A DNA stretch of 64,000 nt from a virus (Duplodnaviria > Caudoviricetes). The position numbers and the translations under genes were made by a program. Positions 33,294 to 43,700 of this stretch are shown piece after piece. The notes under the pieces were generated by a model that was not told the origin of the DNA, did not search any database, and saw only the letters and a program-made list of their open reading frames with translations. Each line of letters begins with the position of its first letter. Position 1 is the first letter of the stretch. The stretch lies in IMG/VR virus record IMGVR_UViG_2684622926_000002, positions 1 to 64,000 of that record; one strand, 5' to 3'.

Positions 33294-33911
33294 TTAATGA
33301 CAAGTTTTGTTACCCGCAGGTAAATTACCGCCATTTTGTTTTTTATAATCTTCTAATAATTGATTTTCTAATAAACGGTCAGCTTGCTTAGTACCTCCTT
33401 GGTCAAAAAAGTCCATTCTTAGTCCAGCTGTTTGACCCTGTATAACTTTACCATTGGCATCTACTCCAACGGATTTAGCTCCTGATTTGTTTATTCTTGC
33501 CTCATCTAAAGCTATTGTAGAATAACGGTTTGCCGAATTTTTTGATTCCCCTATTTTATACAACTCGTCTTTTTTCATAAATACGTATGAAGTTGGCTGT
33601 GGTTGTCCTTTTGTATGTACAGGATACCAACCGTCGGCAGTAGTATAAAGTCCATAAACATCCAACCCGAATGGGTCTATCCACGTATTGGAATCTTTAA
33701 CGTAACCGTACATTGTCGGGTTTCCACCTGCTAAACCAATCGGGTCTTGGCTTATAAAGTTACCAATATTTGGGTCGTAATATCTGTGCCTTTGGTAGCA
33801 CAAATCTATCTCACTATCGTAGTATTGACCTTGGAATCTAAAAGGTAAGAAATGCTTATTGTTAAAGTTATCTTCCCAGATTCTACCATAAATATCAAAC
33901 GCTACCTGCAA
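33294..33911 (-). CDS. rhs: Rhs C-terminal tip with URI/GIY-YIG-like nuclease toxin
   Basis: PFRFQGQYYDSEIDLCYQRHRYYDP..G.FISQDPIGL..YV..P..WIDPFGL, then VYGLY...YKIGES...RY...E...LP.GNK. Confidence 0.85.
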   Translation of the reverse strand: MQVAFDIYGRIWEDNFNNKHFLPFRFQGQYYDSEIDLCYQRHRYYDPNIGNFISQDPIGLAGGNPTMYGYVKDSNTWIDPFGLDVYGLYTTADGWYPVHTKGQPQPTSYVFMKKDELYKIGESKNSANRYSTIALDEARINKSGAKSVGVDANGKVIQGQTAGLRMDFFDQGGTKQADRLLENQLLEDYKKQNGGNLPAGNKTCH

Positions 33912-34290
33912 ACAAGCTTTCCTTCTTTATCGTAAGCCTGAGCGGGGCTTTCAAAATAATCAGATAGAATAAAGTAAGTGTTATCATCCGATATTTTAGC
34001 AGTTGGCACTAAGCTTCCATCTTCATACAGCCAAGTAGTAACGTTATGGGTCGGTTCAGATTTATCGAAAATAAGCAATCCTAAATCATCAGATACAATT
34101 TAAGATTGCTCACCTAGCTCAAAGCTCCATTAGGTAATAAAACATTATTCCCTCAAAAAAGGAATAAATTTTTGAATTAACCATTTTAGCCGTTCTTCTT
34201 AAAGCATCATATTCAAAACGAATCAATTGGCCTTTAGGATTACGTATGACTTTGAGCATTTCATTGTCAAAAACTTACCAGCAGCATTAG
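33912..34290 (-). pseudogene. Rhs core fragment upstream of the tip
   Basis: Broken YDALRRTAKMVNSKIY...TWLYEDGSLVPTAKISDDNTYSILSDYF frames. Confidence 0.75.
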
Positions 34291-34386
34291 CTTTAAAACT
34301 TATTAAAATCCTTATCCCTGAGGATCAACTCGAATTACTGGATAAACTAAGCAGTTGAAACATACAAGGCTGTGATTATTGATAGC

Positions 34387-34868
34387 CTTATATTTTTTTC
34401 TTTGCTTAAATCTTCTCTAACTTGCATTAAAACTTCTCCTAGCCAATTAGTGCCTTTCCATTTTTAGGATCTAAAATATCAGGATTATCTTCATTCATAC
34501 CTACTCCTCAAATAATATCATGAGGACTAGCTTCGACTAGAATTTTATTTCCTGTGGAAAGTAGAATCTTTTTTAAATGCTCATTTTGGTTAAATTTTGC
34601 AAAATTCCCTTGATAAAATATCTTTTGTGCCTATTCATTCCATATAGATAAATCAAGAAAATTTACTTTGCGAGCTAATTCTTTTGGTATTCTTGGTTAT
34701 TTAGTTTCTAATATTTTTTTAGCTATTTCTACATCTTTAAATAATAATGCTTTTGAATACATCATTCATTGTTCTGCACCATTGAAAAAATTATGATCTA
34801 TAATAAAATTACATAGATACCATTGTGAGAAAATATCTTTTGTACGGTAAAAGAAAAAAATTATTCAT
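34387..34868 (-). pseudogene. NADAR (YbiA/DUF1768) family pseudogene
   Basis: FSQWY..F...AEQ*MMYSKALLFKD...KFNQNEHLKKILLSTGNKILVEASPHDII*GVG...WLGEVLMQVRE. Confidence 0.8.
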
Positions 34869-34889
34869 TTAAATGTTATTATTTTGAAA

Positions 34890-35309
34890 TCATTTGTTCA
34901 TTATAGAATTTAACCATTTATTATAGAACTGATCTTGTTGCTCTTTGGTAGCAAATTCATAAATATCAATATAATCAAAAATATTTACTATGTCTTTGTT
35001 TAGTGATGGTTCTCCTATTTTTAAAAAATATGCTTTATGTCCTCCCATATTCATCATCATTGGTGAAGGATATACATTTATTAACGAACCATAACATTGT
35101 AGTCCTATATATTTATCTAATAATAAATCTTTTAATTCTTGAAATACAAGGAACCAATATTCTCCTTTTTTTTTGATTTCTTTATTATCATAATAAATAC
35201 TTATTGAAACCACATCTTCTTCATCACTCTCAAACAATTCTAGGTTTAGATTTATTACTTTATTATTCTTTAAATCTAATCCTTTAATATTTAATACTTC
35301 TAAGGACAT
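34890..35309 (-). CDS. Orphan immunity-like protein
   Basis: 139 aa intact ORF (GSLINVYPSPM..MG..KAY.L.IG). Confidence 0.55.
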   Translation of the reverse strand: MSLEVLNIKGLDLKNNKVINLNLELFESDEEDVVSISIYYDNKEIKKKGEYWFLVFQELKDLLLDKYIGLQCYGSLINVYPSPMMMNMGGHKAYFLKIGEPSLNKDIVNIFDYIDIYEFATKEQQDQFYNKWLNSIMNK

Positions 35310-35362
35310 TCTATTTTTGGGGGATTTTAAGGTTTATAATTAGGATTAGATATTAATTCATC

Positions 35363-35713
35363 TGGAATGTCTACACTTTTTTATACAACAAAATTAAGGA
35401 GTAACTGTTTATTAAATGTTATAGTCGTCAAGTAACCTAATGATGAATGCAGTCGATTGTTGTTGTACCAATATGCATAAGCAGAAAAACGTTGTCGTAG
35501 TACATTGCCTTAGTTCATTCGTATTGGTGAATATCTCATTTTTGACAAATTCAGTTTTAATTGTCTTAAATATCGCTTTAGCAACAGCATTATCGTAAGG
35601 ACATCTTTTATGGCTCAATGAGCGAGTGATACCCAATACCACAAATCAACTATCGAGTAATTGATTATCAAACTCTTTTCCTCGGTCTGAATGAAATAGT
35701 GCGATTGAGGATA
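35363..35713 (-). mobile_element. IS3-family 3' remnant with right IR
   Basis: IR plus ORF 35412..35642 (CPYDNAVAKAIFKTIKTE, rve_2 motif). Confidence 0.85.
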
Positions 35714-35769
35714 ATGGTGTTGACTAGTTGAAACAAAAAGGCCAACTCATTTTAATTGGTTATTATTGT

Positions 35770-36081
35770 TTAGTTATTAATTTTTTTTACCCATTTTTCA
35801 TAATTTTGAATAATGGATAATAATTCAGTTGTGAGACTTTCTTTATAATTCCATGAATCAATTATAAAATATGATATTTGAGCGCCATCGATTAGCTCAA
35901 AATAATTATTCGATAACATATTTTTTTTTACATTATCTAAATAATTCAAAATAATATCCCTTTGATTTTCACTTACTTTAATATCATGAATTGAAGAATT
36001 TGAAATTTTTTCAATTGCTTTATCCACTTTTAATAATAAATTATTCATACTTTTCGCTCTAAAAAAGATCTCACCATGCAT
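35770..36081 (-). CDS. Orphan immunity-like protein
   Basis: Intact ORF of about 92-103 aa in the cassette array. Confidence 0.5.
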   Translation of the reverse strand: MHGEIFFRAKSMNNLLLKVDKAIEKISNSSIHDIKVSENQRDIILNYLDNVKKNMLSNNYFELIDGAQISYFIIDSWNYKESLTTELLSIIQNYEKWVKKINN

Positions 36082-36176
36082 TATCTGCTGAATCTAGTAG
36101 ATGTTTTTTGAATTTTGCTATACAGATAGGTATTTAAATTACGCTTGTTCCCTGTAAAGCCAAAGTCAACCTGCTT

Positions 36177-36500
36177 CTATTCTTCTATAATTTTATATTT
36201 ATGCTGGTTTTGCCAAGAAATGATTTTAATTTTTCCGTCAATAATTCCTTGATCTCTATAATACAAGATTAATTGAGCGGGACTCCAATCTTGCCCATCT
36301 GCAAATAATACTTGATAATTTTGCATTAAATTTTTAATAATGTGGATTCTTTGTTGCTCTGTATCAACTTTTTTAATAAAAAAATCATTCTGTTCTTTTA
36401 TAAAACCTAAAGCTATTAATAGTTGCTGTAATTTTACATCATCACATTGTGCTACAATACGTGAACCAGCTAACTCATGAATTAAAATATAACTTTTCAT
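36177..36500 (-). CDS. Hypothetical protein
   Basis: 107 aa intact ORF (GQDWSPAQL). Confidence 0.55.
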   Translation of the reverse strand: MKSYILIHELAGSRIVAQCDDVKLQQLLIALGFIKEQNDFFIKKVDTEQQRIHIIKNLMQNYQVLFADGQDWSPAQLILYYRDQGIIDGKIKIISWQNQHKYKIIEE

Positions 36501-36549
36501 TTAAATAATTCTATTTAATCTTTTGAGGCTATTTAGAACAATAGCTTTT

Positions 36550-36760
36550 TTCTTTATACTTTGCAAAAATCTTCGCTAGCCTAAATTAAAACTTTCGCTA
36601 ACCAAGTAGTTGCTTTCCATTTTTTAGGGGAATAGATATCTGGGCTATCGCTAATCATTCCATATGGCTAAATCGAAATTTTAAACCTGACAACCTTATT
36701 CTTTTTGAGTTCTAGGCTCTTTTGTTTCTACAATTTAAGAAGCAATTGCTTAATCTTTAA
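36550..36760 (-). pseudogene. Second NADAR remnant with internal deletion
   Basis: IVETKEPRTQKE*GCQV*NFD...PDIYSPKKWKATTWLAKVL parallels 34387..34868. Confidence 0.55.
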
Positions 36761-36829
36761 AAAACGAGTTTTTAAATAGACTATACATGGTTCTGTACAA
36801 TTAACATAATGATTTTATATAAGAAAAAA

Positions 36830-37400
36830 TGTAGTGTATTTTGATGTAGATGATGCAGTAGCAAAAGTTGCTTATAAAGCAGATCACTTAGATGGAATAG
36901 GTTCTGTGAGGGCTATTGAGGTTGCTGATTTAAATGGAAAGACTGAAGTTAAAAAGTTAATTCAATTAAAGTAGAGTGTAAATAATAAAATCACTATTTA
37001 ATTGGGATAGGACTATATTTGATGGAGAAAAAAGACTTTTACCATCAACGAAGGTTTTACATACTCAAATTTATTTACCAGAGTTAAAAGAAAGTTGGAT
37101 TATCGTTTTTAAATTTAATATTTCGCCGAGAGATTAGAGATATAGGACAATAGCAGAGGAAGAATTTTTTTGTCAGAAAAAGCGCCGAAAAAAATATTAA
37201 AAGAAGGGTTCGAATTTAACTTTATGGATGGTCCAAACATTATTGGAGAATGTATATTGTTTCAAGAAAAACTTATTTAAATGGACGATGTAATGGAAAA
37301 AATTAAATTCAACGAACAGGAAAACATAAATAAAAAATGCTCATTAACTACGTGAATAATAATTCTTTTAGTTATCCAACAAATCAACTTAGGTTTTAAT
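36830..37400 (+). pseudogene. Inverted, decayed paralog of the 30476/29774 toxin-immunity pair
   Basis: FDVDDAVAKVAYKADHLDGIGSVRAIEVADLN and DGEKRLLPSTKVLHTQIYLPE fragments. Confidence 0.75.
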
Positions 37401-37453
37401 TAAATAGAGTTCGGATTAGCCATACAATTTTCTTTTGTGTAAAAAATTGTTAA

Positions 37454-37921
37454 AAACATAGCCATAAAGTATCTATCAAACAAGTAGGTGATAATATTTC
37501 TTTTGAAAAAGTACCGACTGTCAATGGTAAATCTGTAATTACTGATTTAACAGATGTTAATAATAAAATTAACTCAATAAATACAAATTTAAATATTCTC
37601 AATAATCGTACTTATGTTGTTGAATCATACCATAATGATAACGCGTGGTATCAAGTTTATTCAGACGGATATATTGAACTATCTGATGCTCAGTATATAG
37701 AAACGAAGAGCATTAATGCGGTAAATGGAACATTTATTAATTTATTAAAACCAATGAAATCATATCATTATGGAATAAGTGTTGATAAAGTTAATAACGG
37801 ACCATGGGCACAAACGGAGTTTGCGTATGCTGAGGTTTATCCAACTGGATTTTGGCTTGCTTCCTACACATCAAGTATTCCAGGAGCAGTGATGGTTCGT
37901 TGGACAGTAAGAGGATATTAA
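37454..37921 (+). CDS. Headless tail-fibre C-terminal cassette (gp53-like tip); no start codon
   Basis: Open frame of 155 codons: QVGDNISFEKVPTVNGKSV...WYQVYSDGYIE...VRWTVRGY*, followed directly by its own chaperone gene. Confidence 0.7.
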   Translation, partial: KHSHKVSIKQVGDNISFEKVPTVNGKSVITDLTDVNNKINSINTNLNILNNRTYVVESYHNDNAWYQVYSDGYIELSDAQYIETKSINAVNGTFINLLKPMKSYHYGISVDKVNNGPWAQTEFAYAEVYPTGFWLASYTSSIPGAVMVRWTVRGY

Positions 37922-37922
37922 C

Positions 37923-38255
37923 ATGACTATTACAAATCAAGAATATGCAGAAATGGCTATTAAAGCTAATAAAGAGGGGAAAGAGTTAAAATACGAAAAC
38001 GGCAAATTAACTCTCGTTGCTCCCGAACCAATGAAGTTTACAGAAGAGCAAATAATCTTTCAAAATCAGCAAATTAAAGAATCTTTATTCAAAGAAGCTA
38101 ACAGCGAAATAGATATACTCAACGATAAAATAGAGTTCGACGAGGCGACAGATGACGATGTTGCAATGTTAAAAAAATGGAAATTGTACCGAATTAACTT
38201 TAAGAAATTGGACGCAACAGATATTAAGGCCATATTCCCGATAAAGCCCATTTAG
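37923..38255 (+). CDS. Tail fibre assembly chaperone
   Basis: C-terminal LKKWKLYR...KLD..DI..IFP.KP motif. Confidence 0.8.
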   Translation: MTITNQEYAEMAIKANKEGKELKYENGKLTLVAPEPMKFTEEQIIFQNQQIKESLFKEANSEIDILNDKIEFDEATDDDVAMLKKWKLYRINFKKLDATDIKAIFPIKPI

Positions 38256-38779
38256 GGCTTTTCAGGAAATATTACAGCAATATTTGATACATCAATGCGA
38301 TTTAGCAAAACTCGATATTTTTTCCACGCGTTCAATTTGTCTTCATCACCGTTTTCTGACATGTCCAAATCTATCGCGTCTTGTAGTATGGATATATTTT
38401 CATTAGCCTCATTTAATAGTGAGTTTTTTAACATTTTATTCTGTTTTACTTTAAATGCGTTTTGGTCATCTTCATCTAAAACCCATTTTTTACCGTTCCA
38501 TTTTGAAAACTGAAACGGCTCCAGTGATGTAAAACCTTCTTTTATTTCTCCTAAATAATCGATTTTAACCGATTCTTTAGTTTCAATATCGAAAACTATT
38601 TCATCACGATGATCCTCAACTAAAACCCATGTACCATTTTTCTCGCATGGGTGAAAGCCTTCTTTAAACTCTGGCGCAATCCGTAATGCATTATCTGGTG
38701 GTAACGTATCATCGTTAGCGTCTAATTGATGTGTATATGGTTTTAGTGCATTTGTGTTATCAAAATAATAATTAATCAT
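38252..38779 (-). CDS. tfa: Tail fibre assembly chaperone (lambda Tfa family)
   Basis: W.LVEDHR....D......I.YLG.I...T...P.QF.KWNG..W; L.AWKKYRVLLNRID. Confidence 0.9.
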   Translation of the reverse strand: MINYYFDNTNALKPYTHQLDANDDTLPPDNALRIAPEFKEGFHPCEKNGTWVLVEDHRDEIVFDIETKESVKIDYLGEIKEGFTSLEPFQFSKWNGKKWVLDEDDQNAFKVKQNKMLKNSLLNEANENISILQDAIDLDMSENGDEDKLNAWKKYRVLLNRIDVSNIAVIFPEKP

Positions 38780-38803
38780 AATTTTTCCTATTTAATTTCT
38801 TAC

Positions 38804-38825
38804 CTACTCGCCAAGTAGGTAGTGC
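38804..38825. repeat. 22-bp perfect inverted repeat CTACTCGCCAAGTAGGTAGTGC, partner at 39322-39343
   Basis: Read directly; extends to 40/44 identity with only synonymous mismatches. Confidence 0.9.
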
Positions 38826-39057
38826 AGAAGATGACGCCATCAGAAATATTTGGGCCAGATATGGCAATTTTATAGTATCGGCATTAGATGCCACAGGAGC
38901 ATTTAATATTAATGCAATCGCGTCTCCGGCGTACGATGGCAATGCGCATGGTTGGCACGTAGATATTCTATTTGATGCATCACGAGTTGTGCCGACAGCA
39001 CATGAGAATCGCCCGATTAATATTGGGTTAACACCAGTAATATACCTTGGTGTTTAG
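38806..39057 (+). CDS. Silent, inverted alternative C-terminus of the tail fibre
   Basis: TRQVGSAEDDAIRNIWARYG...FDASRVVPTAHENRPINIGLTPVIYLGV*; no start codon; its stop overlaps the stop of 39054..40694. Confidence 0.85.
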   Translation, partial: TRQVGSAEDDAIRNIWARYGNFIVSALDATGAFNINAIASPAYDGNAHGWHVDILFDASRVVPTAHENRPINIGLTPVIYLGV

Positions 39058-40694
39058 ACGCCCAAATAAATCGTAGGGGTCAGAGCAATATTCAGTGGTC
39101 GATTTTCATGAGCAGTTGGAACAAACCATGATGCATTAAATAAAACCGATTGCTCTGGGTAATCAGAATCCGACACGTGACAAGTAACTGGATAATTTCT
39201 ATTATTCAATCCAGAACCATCGTCATTTCGAAATTTTCTGAAGACACCGTTCGGCACGGTATCTTTCCAGTGAAAAATATGGTGAATTTCGCCATACAGA
39301 TTTCTAATTGCGTCATCCTCAGCACTACCTACTTGGCGAGTAGTTCCATTTGCAGGTCTTTCAAAAAATCCTCTACCATCTGGTGCAAACGCGGACGGTA
39401 CATTAATATATTGCTGACCATCAATTTCTTTAATTGTTATTTGATGATCACGTTTATAATTAGCAGATAACCCATTTAAAGCACGACCTTGTGGTGAACT
39501 TAACAGATAGTTATCACCGTTTCTAAAATACCAACCAAACGGCAATTCACCAGCACGGAACGGCATCAATCGAAATTCACCGATTGCATCTTTAAAGACT
39601 ACATGATCACCTACTGAGTAGGTAGGTACGCCATTTACTACACTTTTAGTTGCAGGTAAAGCTCTGGCAATATCGGCTGAAATATTATTTGTAGTTATTT
39701 GCTCTACCCAATTTTCCCAAAATCCGCCTTCAGTACTACCTCTATAATTTCTAATAAATTGACGACCTGATTTATAGAGTGTATATATTTGTACACAGCT
39801 TTGGTTGCCCTCGGTCAAAGTCGGTAAAATTATCAATGACCCTGCCTCTTGAATCGGGTAACCTAGTTCCACGAGCGCCTTAGCATCATGTTTTTGATAA
39901 TATATTCCTTTAGCCAATGCTCCTAGATGGTTGGGAGGTATATTATCTAAATCGCCGCAATATCGCATAATTGTCTGCGGGTCAATAGTTGACGCCCACT
40001 CTTTTGCATTGTCAGCACTATTTTTTGCGGCTACCGCTGATGATTTTGCATTAACTTCAGATGTATTTGCGGATTTAGCACTATTTGCCGAGTTTATAGC
40101 TGACTGGTTAGCCTCTTTTGCCGAATTATTTGCATTATCTGCATAAATTTTCGCAGTATCTGAACTTGTAGTTGCAACACTTGCTGCATCTGTTGCTGTT
40201 ATCGCCGATTTTGATGCTAATTGTGAACTTGTTGCTGCTTCAGCAGCACTTACTTTCGCCGCATCGGCAGATGATTTCGCATTGGTTTCTGATGTATTAG
40301 CATGGTTAGCACTATCTGCTGATTTTTTCGCTGATGTATATGAATCTATTGCTGATTTTATTGCTTCATTTCGAGCATCAAAAATCTGCTTTAAAAATTC
40401 AGGAGTTAAGTCACTTTCTTCGGGATTAATTAAATAATCGTTTAATGTACCATCTACTGAATCAGAATAAATATTGATTTTTCCAAGTCGCTTTTTGGGG
40501 AAACCGTTAATGATTAAGCTAACTTCATATTCACATGGCAATACATTCATTGAATATTTGCCGTTCTCAGACACTTGAAATGTTTGCGTTTGAGTTAATA
40601 CTTTGCTAGTCGTTTTTTTTGCATATAGTTCGATAGTGCAGTCATTGATAATTTGACCTGCACCATCCGTTAAAATTCCTGATATTTTTGCCAT
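39054..40694 (-). CDS. Side tail fibre protein
   Basis: Stf-like N-terminus (ISGILTDGAGQII..CTIEL.A), Ala/Ser repeats, knob-like domain and collar-like C-terminus. Confidence 0.9.
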   Translation of the reverse strand: MAKISGILTDGAGQIINDCTIELYAKKTTSKVLTQTQTFQVSENGKYSMNVLPCEYEVSLIINGFPKKRLGKINIYSDSVDGTLNDYLINPEESDLTPEFLKQIFDARNEAIKSAIDSYTSAKKSADSANHANTSETNAKSSADAAKVSAAEAATSSQLASKSAITATDAASVATTSSDTAKIYADNANNSAKEANQSAINSANSAKSANTSEVNAKSSAVAAKNSADNAKEWASTIDPQTIMRYCGDLDNIPPNHLGALAKGIYYQKHDAKALVELGYPIQEAGSLIILPTLTEGNQSCVQIYTLYKSGRQFIRNYRGSTEGGFWENWVEQITTNNISADIARALPATKSVVNGVPTYSVGDHVVFKDAIGEFRLMPFRAGELPFGWYFRNGDNYLLSSPQGRALNGLSANYKRDHQITIKEIDGQQYINVPSAFAPDGRGFFERPANGTTRQVGSAEDDAIRNLYGEIHHIFHWKDTVPNGVFRKFRNDDGSGLNNRNYPVTCHVSDSDYPEQSVLFNASWFVPTAHENRPLNIALTPTIYLGV

Positions 40695-40755
40695 ATTTTC
40701 TTCTCATTTGTTTAATGACATTTAGGTGTTTAATGTCATAATAGATATTAATCGT

Positions 40756-43700
40756 TTAGTCAGGTAGAAAACCGTTTGAGTTTTTCATTAGAAAAACTAG
40801 GGAGTTAAAAGATAATGTATATTTAATTGAAACCGAAGCAGGTTTATTAATAGTTAATGATATTTTAACTCGCTCACCATTGGAAAATGGAGGAATAGGT
40901 AAAATTAAATTACGAAATCCCACCCCTTTTATGTAAAATTTATTAACTTCATAGGGGTATTGATCATTAAATAAAAAACGCATACTCCCACGAATATTTT
41001 CAAAGTCAGATCCCAATCCCATTACCCCTCCGACAACTTTAATTTCTTCGATAAAACATAATTTTTGCCACTCTCCAGATGCTTCTATGTTCATTACATG
41101 AACGTTTTGGTTTGGGTTTGTCTCTACAATCCTAATCTCTTTCTTGAAAAGTTTTGCTGAAAGAACGTTACCCCTTATTTGATTAACATCCAAAGTACCT
41201 CTTATTTGACAATTTTTGTTAATGATTACATTATTTAGTTCTCCAGAATTAGCATAAATATTTCCTGAGATATTGGCTTTACGAGCATTGACGGTGCCAT
41301 CAGGCAGTAACTCAAATACTGGAGGTGTCCCTGCGCTTATTACACTACCGGCAACCATTTTCCCGCCCGTTATTAGCGGCGCTTTGATTTCTGTACCAGC
41401 AATTAATCTATCACCTCGCATTGTACCCGTTGCAATTAAATCGCCATCAATGAACATTTTTGGCTCTATCCACTGTGCACCGTTGTATAGCCTAGCTTCT
41501 GAGTGCGAAACTTTACCGTCAGAGGCTAGTGAGTAAATGATTAATGTCGTATCACGAGCGGGATAAAAGCCAAATTCACGATAAAACATCTGCGTTGCAT
41601 TATCATTAGCAGGAAATTTACCATCACCTGTTTGAATTCTAAATAGACCACCTGCGCCATTTTCTGCAACTAATGTTCGAGTGTTAGCAATAAACATTTC
41701 TGAACGCCCAACAACATTAACCGCATTTACACCATACCAATATTCGGTATCTGGGGTGCAGTCAACATCTGTTAATGACATGGCGCGACCCAAGTAGTTG
41801 GTCTGTGCCTCGACTTCTGCTTTGGTGGTGCCTTTATAAAATTCAAACTGAGTACCTAAGCTAGATGTTGCTGTCATAACTGGGCGAACTGCAATATTAA
41901 ATGCACTTGGCGTTAATACTAATCCTGAAGGTTTTGCTGGTGGTAATATTGAAAATGCGATAGTTCTTTCATCACCTAATCGCCCGTCTTCTCCCACTCC
42001 TCTGACTGTTGCATTGAATTTACCTTGTTGCAAGTCTGATAGGTAATATTCAGTATTATTAACAGTTTCACGACTAATTAGTTTATCATCACGATAGATT
42101 TTTACTTCGAATCTCAAGTTTTGAATCGTGCGAGGTGTAGACCATGATAATCGTGCTTGATATAGATCAGATTCAGGGATAATTTCAGTCTGCAGCTGCT
42201 CTACAGGCGGAATTAACCAACTAAAAATAGAACCGCTTTCCTCTTCAAATTTAGCGCCGTTATCAACAATTTCTTCTTTCCTAGTTTCATGTTCTAGCGC
42301 AGTGATAGAGTAAGTGCCATCACTGTTTTCTGTAATGGAAAGAGCTTTGAATAATCGTGGCTTGATTTTATTGTCATATAGTCCCCAAACAGAATAATCA
42401 TCAACACTAACACTATTTACCAAAACAAGCTGATTGGGTTTGACTTGTGCTTGAATTTTAATTTTATGTAGTTGCATATTGGTATCAGTTACACTTAAAT
42501 ACGCATTTTTCATATTTTTAATGTCAATATCACGGTCTAACTTAATAGTACTACCATTTGCCTCTAAAATTCGTCCACCGATAGTCGTACCTGCAAAATC
42601 ATTATCAGTAATACCAATAATATCCCCAGGCAAATGTCTAATACCTTCACGTCCTACATTGAATGTAACGGTTTGTGTCTCTAATTTTTCGGTTTGAATT
42701 AGCCATTTCCCAACTCTATGTGCCTGCCCTCTCGATGTACAGCCAAATGCATCGACTTGAGCAACATTCAACCCGAATCGTTTAATTAACTCATCATCAG
42801 CAACGTATTCGGTTGTGGTCTCCCAGTTATTATTGGGGTCAATATAACGTACGTGCACAGCTGTATGCCGTGATTTTTGCGCGGCTGACGTGTAGTTGAA
42901 CTGACCATCGACAACGTTCGCATTTGAATAAATCGCCACAGGGTCACTTGGTCTATCCATAACGGCTGTATATTGTGTACCGTCCCAAATCGGCATCGCC
43001 CGAAATATCGAGCATAAATCATGAATAACCTCATACGCCTGTCGTTGCTCGGTAATATAGCAATTACAGGTAAATCTTGGCTCTTTGCCACCGAAACCGT
43101 CATCGACTAACTGATCACAATATTGAGAAATGGTATATAACGCAAATTTATCGACACCGAATTGACTGATGCGATTCCCCATACCGTAACGTGTGTTGGT
43201 CAAAATATCGTAAAATATCCAAGCTGGGTTATTTGTCCAAGCAAGCTTGAAATTTCCTGACCAAAAACCTTTATATTCTCTCGTCTCAGGGTCGTAATTG
43301 TCAGGCACTTTAACTATCATACCTTTGATTAAATAGTTTCGGCGAGGTACACCACTAAATTGCGATGAATCGAATTTTAGTCCAACTACCGCAGTATTTG
43401 GATATGAAAATTTGGTATCATAAATTTCTGTGTACGAACTCCACAGCGTATTATTAGCTAATAATGATGACGTGCTATCTTGCGTTCTGCGCACTACTCG
43501 AATGTTAAACGGTTTCGGAGGTAAATCATATAAAATAACCGATGTTAAATACTGTGAGCGGGTTTTTTTATCGATTAAATCAACAGTTTTTACCGTTTCC
43601 CACATGTGGCCCGTACCGATTTGAATTGCCATTGACACCGATGTTCGGTTAATGTTGCCTTTTTTGTCCGTTGAGCTTAATGACTGTACACCAACTGTAA

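Noticed and set aside
38804-38825. hix/gix-type serine invertase site
   Set aside because: No match to the AAACC-AAGGTTT consensus, and no Hin/Gin gene in the window.
38806-39343. Diversity-generating retroelement (TR/VR) at the fibre tip
   Set aside because: No reverse transcriptase is present; the two tips differ in length and at non-adenine positions, and they are inverted.
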